Of a stretch of 28,606 bases of DNA, positions 18,982-25,153 are shown one piece after another. How positions within the stretch are numbered: the stretch's first letter is position 1; the number at the start of each line of letters is the position of its first letter. Under the pieces are notes generated by a model. The model worked only from the letters and a program-made list of their open reading frames with translations. It had not been told where the DNA came from and ran no database searches. The stretch comes from a candidate division WOR-3 bacterium (lineage in GTDB: Bacteria > Hydrothermota > Tepidihabitantia > SM23-42 > JAOAFX01), in contig JBDRWI010000027.1 in NCBI GenBank assembly GCA_039802265.1, forward strand, positions 1-28,606, written 5' to 3'. The translations under genes and the position numbers were made by a program.

Positions 18982-18994
18982 CGTACCTCCTTTC

Positions 18995-19042
18995 ACCCTC
19001 ACCTTAATCCTCTCCCTTCAAGGGAGAGGGGAGGGTGAGGGT
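18995..19042. repeat. BoxC/REP-like palindrome copy E next to the lipoprotein RBS
   Basis: accctcaccttaatcctctcccttcaagggagaggggagggtgagggt. Confidence 0.9.
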
Positions 19043-19093
19043 CTCATCTAAACCTTCTATATTAATAATCCATTTTTCGGCAAAAAGGTTCGG

Positions 19094-19429
19094 TTATTCG
19101 GAAAGACTCCTCAATTCCTCCTCAGTGAATCCAAAATAGTGGCCAATTTCATGGAGTAAGACATCATAGATAAGGTCCTTGGTTTTTTCTTCACCTTGAG
19201 CCAGGTGTTCAATATTGGCTTTAAATAGCGTAATCTTATCCGGCAGGACATTTCCATACCAGAAACCCCGCTTTTTTAAGGGCACACCCTGATACACACC
19301 CAATAGACCCTTCTGGGGAATTGGCTCATCTTCAATGACAATCTCTACATTCTCCAACTTTTCCCTTAAAATCTTGGGCAATCTCTTCAAAGACTCCCTG
19401 ACAACAGCCTCAAATTCTTCTCTGGTCAT
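19094..19429 (-). CDS. Minimal zincin-like metallopeptidase (DUF1025/Zincin_1)
   Basis: LLGVYQGVPL, LPDKITLF, VLLHEIGHYFG; SD AAGGAG. Confidence 0.9.
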   Translation of the reverse strand: MTREEFEAVVRESLKRLPKILREKLENVEIVIEDEPIPQKGLLGVYQGVPLKKRGFWYGNVLPDKITLFKANIEHLAQGEEKTKDLIYDVLLHEIGHYFGFTEEELRSLSE

Positions 19430-19480
19430 AGTTTAACCAACTCCTTTTGATAATCCGCGGATTTCAACTTAAATTCTGAA

Positions 19481-19507
19481 ATTCCTCGGCTTCGCCTCAG
19501 AACGACA
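19481..19507. repeat. Half unit of a GTCATTCTGAG-type palindromic repeat in the zincin 5' UTR
   Basis: attcctcggcttcgcctcagaacgaca resembles the right arm gattcttcg...ctcagaatgaca at 22562-22622. Confidence 0.55.
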
Positions 19508-19530
19508 GAAAAGAAAAACCGGGCCTGCCT

Positions 19531-19558
19531 ATTATATATCTTCAAATGAGCCTGTCAA
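19531..19558 (-). promoter_or_regulatory. Consensus sigma70 promoter TTGACA-16-TATAAT for the zincin gene
   Basis: -35 at 19558-19553, -10 at 19536-19531. Confidence 0.8.
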
Positions 19559-19586
19559 CCATACCATTTTAAAATTATCAAAAACC

Positions 19587-19614
19587 TTGATTGAACTGAA
19601 TTATCGCATATAAT
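19587..19614 (+). promoter_or_regulatory. sigma70-type promoter TTGATT-16-TATAAT for the maturation protease gene
   Basis: -35 at 19587-19592, -10 at 19609-19614; ATG 12 nt later with no SD. Confidence 0.65.
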
Positions 19615-19626
19615 ATAAAAACAAAG

Positions 19627-20070
19627 ATGAAAAAATTGATTATCGGTATGGGCAATGAATATTACGGAAATGATGCCTTAGGGATAATCGTTGCCCGAAA
19701 ATTAAGGGAAACCCTTCCTGAATATGATTTAAAGACTGGTGCCTTTAGCGGCGTTGATTTTTTAGAGGCAATTGAAGAATACGATGAAGTAATCGTAATA
19801 GATAGTATTGTAAACCCTGATAAACCTATCGGTGATGTTGTTGAACTCAAAGTAGAAGATTTTGCAGGACTGAAAAGTTTCTCTTATCTACATAGTATGA
19901 GTTTCGCCTCAGCAATTGAACTGGGCAGGCAATTGAAACTCAAACTGCCCGAAAAGATTAAAATCTTCGGGATAGTGGTTGACAAAAAGGGAGAAATTGG
20001 CGAAGAATTGAGCCCTCATTTAAGAAAAGAATTAGAATCAATGTTGACATCAATAAGGAAAATGTTATAA
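19627..20070 (+). CDS. Hydrogenase maturation protease family protein (HyaD/HycI-like)
   Basis: IIGMGNEYYGNDALG, VIVIDSI, SYLHSM, IFGI, GEELSP. Confidence 0.85.
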   Translation: MKKLIIGMGNEYYGNDALGIIVARKLRETLPEYDLKTGAFSGVDFLEAIEEYDEVIVIDSIVNPDKPIGDVVELKVEDFAGLKSFSYLHSMSFASAIELGRQLKLKLPEKIKIFGIVVDKKGEIGEELSPHLRKELESMLTSIRKML

Positions 20071-20071
20071 T
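20044..20071 (+). promoter_or_regulatory. Consensus promoter TTGACA-16-(TGn)TATAAT inside the 3' end of the protease gene; probably leaderless radical SAM transcript
   Basis: -35 at 20044-20049, TG at 20063-20064, -10 at 20066-20071, 5 nt then ATG at 20077. Confidence 0.75.
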
Positions 20072-20076
20072 TGTAT

Positions 20077-21429
20077 ATGAAACTGCTGCTGGTCTCACCC
20101 CGTTCCTCGGAAAAAAAATCACCGATCGGCTTAAAGATTCCCCAGCTTGCCCTGCATATCCTTGCGGCACTCACCCCACCCGATATAGAACTTACGGTAG
20201 TAGATGAACAGGTAAGCGATATTGACCTTAAGCAAAATTACGACCTTGCTGGAATTTCAATAATGACCGCAAATGCACCAAGGGGATATAAACTGGCAAA
20301 AATCTTAAAAGAAAAAGGCACGAAAGTTGTCTTTGGCGGCATTCACGCATCGGTTTTACCTGATGAGGCATTAAGTCATGGAGATGCGGTTGTCATCGGT
20401 GAGGCTGAAGGAATCTGGCAGAAGGTCATTGAGGACTTTAAAAAAGGGCGATTAGAGAAAATCTATCGCCCCGGCCCATTTGATATGAGTAATTCTCCAC
20501 TGCCCAGAAGGGATCTGAATCTTGAACCGGTAATACTTGGCTACAAATGGCCCGGTTTTTTCACCACCCGGGGATGTCCTTACAACTGTGAATTCTGTTC
20601 GGTAAGTGATATATTCGGTAAAAGAATCAGGCACCTGCCGATCCCATTGGTAATAAAAGATATTGAAAATTCCGGAGCGAAGATTTTTTTAAATCTTGAT
20701 GATAATGTAGTTGGAGACCCGGGATATGCAAGAGAGTTATTTCAGGCGCTTATCCCATTAAAGATTGAATGGGGCGGTCAGAGCACAATCAGTATCGCCA
20801 AAGACCCTGATTTATTGAAACTCTGTGCCAGGTCAGGATGTAAGGGACTGTTTATTGGGGTGGAATCAATCTCACCGAAATCTTTAGCAGGTTTTCGCAA
20901 GACACTAAAGACACTTCAAGAAAACATAGATGCAGTAAAAAGAATTCAGGATGCCGGAATTCTCTTCCATCCATCTTTTGTCTTTGGCCTTGATGATGAT
21001 AAAAAGTCAATATTTGACCTCACCCTTGACTTCTTATATAAAACAAAGATTACAACCGCAACATTTAATATTCTTACCCCCTATCCGGGCACCAGGCTTT
21101 ATCACCGGCTCAAGGCGGAAAATAGGCTCCTCACCGAAGACTGGAGTAAATATAATCACTCCACAGTTGTCTTCAGGCCGAAAAATATGAGTGTGGAAGA
21201 ATTAACCGATGGATACTACAGATTAAAAAAGGAGTTCTATTCAATATCCAGTATCTGCCGCAGGATTGCAAGGCTACAAGAGATTTCTCATCCGGGTCTG
21301 GTTCAGTTTTTCTATGCAGTATTCAATAACATTGCCGGGAGAAAGATAACTCCCGAGGCGTGTAGCAATAAGATAGATCGTCAGGGGCATGCCCCGGACG
21401 CCGTCAGTCGCAACCGTAAACTATTTTAA
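20077..21429 (+). CDS. B12-binding domain radical SAM protein
   Basis: N-terminal cobalamin-binding fold (VVFGGIHAS, VVIGEAE), TTRGCPYNCEFC, DDN, FIGVES, TPYPGT. Confidence 0.93.
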   Translation: MKLLLVSPRSSEKKSPIGLKIPQLALHILAALTPPDIELTVVDEQVSDIDLKQNYDLAGISIMTANAPRGYKLAKILKEKGTKVVFGGIHASVLPDEALSHGDAVVIGEAEGIWQKVIEDFKKGRLEKIYRPGPFDMSNSPLPRRDLNLEPVILGYKWPGFFTTRGCPYNCEFCSVSDIFGKRIRHLPIPLVIKDIENSGAKIFLNLDDNVVGDPGYARELFQALIPLKIEWGGQSTISIAKDPDLLKLCARSGCKGLFIGVESISPKSLAGFRKTLKTLQENIDAVKRIQDAGILFHPSFVFGLDDDKKSIFDLTLDFLYKTKITTATFNILTPYPGTRLYHRLKAENRLLTEDWSKYNHSTVVFRPKNMSVEELTDGYYRLKKEFYSISSICRRIARLQEISHPGLVQFFYAVFNNIAGRKITPEACSNKIDRQGHAPDAVSRNRKLF

Positions 21430-21462
21430 TTGAAAAAAAATTCAAAAAATCCACGCATATTT

Positions 21463-21497
21463 TAAAGTATAGGAATTTGAAAAATTCCTATACTTTA
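21463..21497. repeat. Perfect 16-bp inverted repeat between convergent genes (possible terminator or mobile palindrome)
   Basis: taaagtataggaattt-gaa-aaattcctatacttta. Confidence 0.85.
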
Positions 21498-21574
21498 GAT
21501 TTAAACAGATTGAAACGGATGCAGACGGATAGGATAACTTTATCCGTTTACATCAGTCTTCATCCGTTTGAATC
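21498..21574. repeat. Inverted repeat built from 10-nt period units (ACGGAT core x3, then ATCCGT core x3)
   Basis: Arms 21498-21531 and 21541-21574 match at 26/34 positions as reverse complements. Confidence 0.75.
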
Positions 21575-21613
21575 GTCAAGTAACCGAACGAAGTGAGGTT
21601 ATCTTGAGATATT

Positions 21614-22210
21614 TCATTCTTCGCCTTTCCCTGACAATTTGCTGGTTTTAGGTCCAAACCAGCCTCCTAAAGATAATTTAATACCACCCTGAAAGCCCCA
21701 TACTGAAAAATGTTTCAATGCTATACCTAAACCTAATTCTACCCCTACGCAAAAAAAAGAAATACCAACACGGGGCATTAAATAATGGTAATTGTGGTTA
21801 ACCGGCCAGAGATTTGTTGTAACACTGGTGTATATAACTGGTGCACCAAAGCCCAGGGTATTCCATCTTGCATAAGGAAGATAATAGATGGATACAGGAA
21901 GATAAACTCCACTTACCTCACTTGGCTCATAAACTATAAAACCATCAATAACACCAGCACCAATTCCAAATCTTGATAGTGGATGGGGAAGGCCAAAAGC
22001 GCACCTGCCCACGCCAAGATTTAAAAAATATGAAAATATAGGTCCAATTGTCCCATCAAGAACACTTGCATAAACCCAAGATTCAGCTTTGTGGTTATTA
22101 CTCCAAACTGTATTGGGTAAAATTAACAAAGTCACTAATATAATAGCCAGCAAATTTTTAAGTAATAGTTTAGTTTTTCCTAAAACTCTAACTATATCAT
22201 TGGCCCTCAT
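21614..22210 (-). CDS. Hypothetical exported/membrane protein, possibly a small beta-barrel
   Basis: Basic then hydrophobic N-terminus; Gly/aromatic-rich alternating strands. Start set at ATG 22210 because a promoter lies within the longer ORF call. Confidence 0.6.
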   Translation of the reverse strand: MRANDIVRVLGKTKLLLKNLLAIILVTLLILPNTVWSNNHKAESWVYASVLDGTIGPIFSYFLNLGVGRCAFGLPHPLSRFGIGAGVIDGFIVYEPSEVSGVYLPVSIYYLPYARWNTLGFGAPVIYTSVTTNLWPVNHNYHYLMPRVGISFFCVGVELGLGIALKHFSVWGFQGGIKLSLGGWFGPKTSKLSGKGEE

Positions 22211-22229
22211 AGCAAAATTCCTATGTAAC

Positions 22230-22257
22230 ATTATCCTCAGAATTTGATTTCTGTCAA
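22230..22257 (-). promoter_or_regulatory. sigma70-type promoter TTGACA-16-GATAAT
   Basis: -35 at 22257-22252, -10 at 22235-22230. Confidence 0.6.
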
Positions 22258-22479
22258 TACCCAATTTGAATCCCGATAATATAGCAGGTTAGGGGTCAAA
22301 TCTCTACATTATACATTAGGGTTGTTGAAAATTATGAATCAGCGCTCCTTATCATGCTGAATTTATTTCAGTAATCAGGAATTTAATCTTCCGGTGCGGT
22401 CTATTATATCATCTATTGGGGTGTAGAACGACATCCCATTTACACTCTGTTTTTTAATCGCTCTCATTTCTTTCCTCTC

Positions 22480-22622
22480 TTATTCTGAGCAAAGCCCTTC
22501 GTTTCACTCAAGGGTAAACTTTAGCGAAATGAAGAATCTCCGCTTGTTTATGGCATTTTGCGATTCTTCGCCCGCCCCGCCGTCCGCCATGCAGTGTGGC
22601 GGATGGCGGGCTCAGAATGACA
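22480..22622. repeat. Composite nested palindromic element downstream of the clp gene
   Basis: Outer arms attctgagc (22482-22490)/gctcagaat (22610-22618); inner arms gaagaatc (22531-22538)/gattcttc (22562-22569); GC-rich 14-bp hairpin at 22576-22610. Confidence 0.8.
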
Positions 22623-22687
22623 AGGGATAATCCGGACTAAATGGCGGTCCGCAGGGCAGTAAGTTACAGATCACAAGGGAATTTGCA

Positions 22688-25084
22688 CTATTTAAATACC
22701 ACCTCTCCCCTTTCCATCTCCACATTTATCTTGTCATTCTTTTTAAATTCACCTGCAATAATCTTCCTTGATAGCGGATTTTCAATCAAGCGTTGAATCG
22801 CCCGTCTTAATGGTCTTGCCCCATAGACCGGGTCAAAACCTTCATGGGCAAGATATTCTTTTACTTTATCACTGAATTCAATTTTAAATCCAAATTCTTC
22901 TATACTTTTTGCAACCTTTTTCAATTCCCTATCCACAATCCCTTTAATTTCATCAAAGCCCAATGGTTTAAAGACAATTACCTCATCAATCCTATTTAAA
23001 AATTCCGGCTTTACACTTCGCTCTAAAACCCGATAGACCTCCTCTCTTGTCTTTTCATAATCATATCTACCATTCTTTAAGTTCTCCACGATTATATCAC
23101 TCCCTAAATTTGATGTCATTATTACAATTGTATTCTTGAAATCAACAGTTCTCCCCTGACCATCAGTGAGTCTTCCATCATCAAGAAGTTGTAGCAGGAT
23201 ATTAAAGACATCCGGATGTGCCTTTTCAAATTCATCAAATAGAATCACCCGATAAGGTCTGCGCCTTACCGCCTCGGTGAGTTGTCCCCCTTCTTCGTAT
23301 CCAACATAGCCCGGTGGGGCACCGATGAGCCTTGATACGGTATGCTTTTCCTGATATTCGGTCATATCAATCCTTACCATCGCCTCTTCAGTATCAAACA
23401 GAAATTCTGCAAGGGATTTTGCCAGTTCAGTCTTGCCCACACCGGTTGGACCCAAAAAGATAAAAGAACCAATAGGTCTTTTGGGATCCTTTAGACCTGC
23501 CCGCGCCCTTCTAATTGCATCACTAACCGCATTAACTGCCTCCTCCTGGTCAACCAGCCTTTCGTGAATCCTTTCTTCCATCTTCAATAATTTATTCATC
23601 TCTGACTCAAGCATCCTTGATACCGGAATTCCGGTCCAACTGGAGATAATCTGGGCAATGTCATCTTCGGTCACCTTATCATCAATTCCGCGCTGTTTCA
23701 TCCACTCGGACTTTTTCTTTTTATATTCTTTTTGCAGCCTTTCCGTCTCATCCCTCAATTCTGCTGCCCGTTCATAGTTACGCATCTCCACTGCCTGCCT
23801 TCCCTCTTCATTTAACTTTTCCAGTCTCTTTTCCATCTCCTTCAATTCATCCGGCATTGAATATATTTCAATCCGTGCCCGGGCACATGCTTCGTCTATC
23901 AAATCAATTGCCTTATCGGGCAGGAATCGCTCAGTCAGATAACGATCAGAGAGTTTCGCTGCCGCCTCAATTGCGGATTTATCAATAGTAACCCCATGAT
24001 GGGATTCATAACGATTCTTTAAGCCCTCTAAGATTTTTATTGTATCCTCAACCGATGGTTCACCAACATAGACCGGTGCAAAGCGCCTTTCCAGTGCCGC
24101 ATCCTTTTCAATATGCTTGCGATACTCATCAAGGGTAGTTGCACCGATACACTGCAACTCACCCCGGGCAAGTGCCGGTTTTAACATATTTGAGGCATCA
24201 ATCGCCCCCTCGGCAGCACCGGCACCAACGATTGTGTGTAGTTCATCAATGAATAATATTATCTCACCCTTACCCTTTCTTATCTCATCCATCACCGCCT
24301 TGAGTCGCTCTTCAAATTCACCACGGAATTTTGAACCGGCAACGAGTGCCCCCATATCCAGGGCAAGAATCCTTTTGTCCTTTAATATCTCGGGCACATT
24401 CTTTTCTACTATCTTTTGAGCCAATCCCTCAACAATTGCGGTCTTACCGACACCCGCTTCCCCAATCAAAACCGGATTATTTTTGGTCCTTCTTGAAAGG
24501 ATTTGAATCACCCTCTTTATCTCATGTTCCCTCCCAATCACCGGGTCCAGTTTTCCCTGCCTTGCCAGGGCAGTGATATCTCTTGCATACCTCTCAAGCG
24601 CCATATACTTACTCTCCGCATCCTGGTCGGTAACCCTTTGACTTCCCCTGATTGTCTGTAGTGCCTGATAAATCTTCTCCTTTGTAATACCAAATTCCCT
24701 CAAGAGTTTTCCGGTCTCCCCTTCTCTATCCTCGGATATTGCCAGAAACAGGTGTTCAGTTCCGACATATTCGTCCTTCATCCTCTGTGCCTCGGTCTGG
24801 GCAATAGATAATAACATCTTAGTCCGCGGGGTGATATAAATCTGGGCAGTGGCACCACCATAGACCTTGGGCTTCAGTTCCAGCGCGGACTCCAGCCGCC
24901 GCTGGAGCACTTCAGGCATAATATCCATTCTTTTTAATATTTTGGGCACAAGTCCATCTTCCTGTCTTAATAGCGCGAGAAATATGTGTTCCGTATCCAG
25001 TTCCTGATGGTTATACTCATCAAGAATCTCCTGGGCTGATGCTAATGCCTCCTGTGCCTTCTGTGTAAACTTATCGTATCTCAT
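22688..25084 (-). CDS. Class I Clp/Hsp100 AAA+ chaperone (ClpB-like N-terminus, ClpC-length middle domain)
   Basis: Clp_N repeats, NBD1 [18 protein letters not shown]2 [21 protein letters not shown] pore loop, GARPLRR; start ATG 25084. Confidence 0.95.
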   Translation of the reverse strand: MRYDKFTQKAQEALASAQEILDEYNHQELDTEHIFLALLRQEDGLVPKILKRMDIMPEVLQRRLESALELKPKVYGGATAQIYITPRTKMLLSIAQTEAQRMKDEYVGTEHLFLAISEDREGETGKLLREFGITKEKIYQALQTIRGSQRVTDQDAESKYMALERYARDITALARQGKLDPVIGREHEIKRVIQILSRRTKNNPVLIGEAGVGKTAIVEGLAQKIVEKNVPEILKDKRILALDMGALVAGSKFRGEFEERLKAVMDEIRKGKGEIILFIDELHTIVGAGAAEGAIDASNMLKPALARGELQCIGATTLDEYRKHIEKDAALERRFAPVYVGEPSVEDTIKILEGLKNRYESHHGVTIDKSAIEAAAKLSDRYLTERFLPDKAIDLIDEACARARIEIYSMPDELKEMEKRLEKLNEEGRQAVEMRNYERAAELRDETERLQKEYKKKKSEWMKQRGIDDKVTEDDIAQIISSWTGIPVSRMLESEMNKLLKMEERIHERLVDQEEAVNAVSDAIRRARAGLKDPKRPIGSFIFLGPTGVGKTELAKSLAEFLFDTEEAMVRIDMTEYQEKHTVSRLIGAPPGYVGYEEGGQLTEAVRRRPYRVILFDEFEKAHPDVFNILLQLLDDGRLTDGQGRTVDFKNTIVIMTSNLGSDIIVENLKNGRYDYEKTREEVYRVLERSVKPEFLNRIDEVIVFKPLGFDEIKGIVDRELKKVAKSIEEFGFKIEFSDKVKEYLAHEGFDPVYGARPLRRAIQRLIENPLSRKIIAGEFKKNDKINVEMERGEVVFK

Positions 25085-25153
25085 ACAAAATTTAGACAGC
25101 AATATTCACAGATTGTTTAGCATTAGAGCGCGTGGTATTCGGTATGGCTCTAA

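Noticed and set aside
15643..19042. Repeats considered as a CRISPR array
   Set aside because: Irregular spacing, variable sequence and orientation, and no cas genes.
21463..21497. Resemblance of the arms to FLP/FRT half-sites (aaagtataggaa)
   Set aside because: The arms are arranged opposite to FRT, there is no 8-bp spacer and no vector sequence; probably coincidence.
22291..22331. aggggtcaaatct and gggttgttgaaaa resembling REP or IS ends
   Set aside because: Single short copies with no partner end and no transposase in the window.
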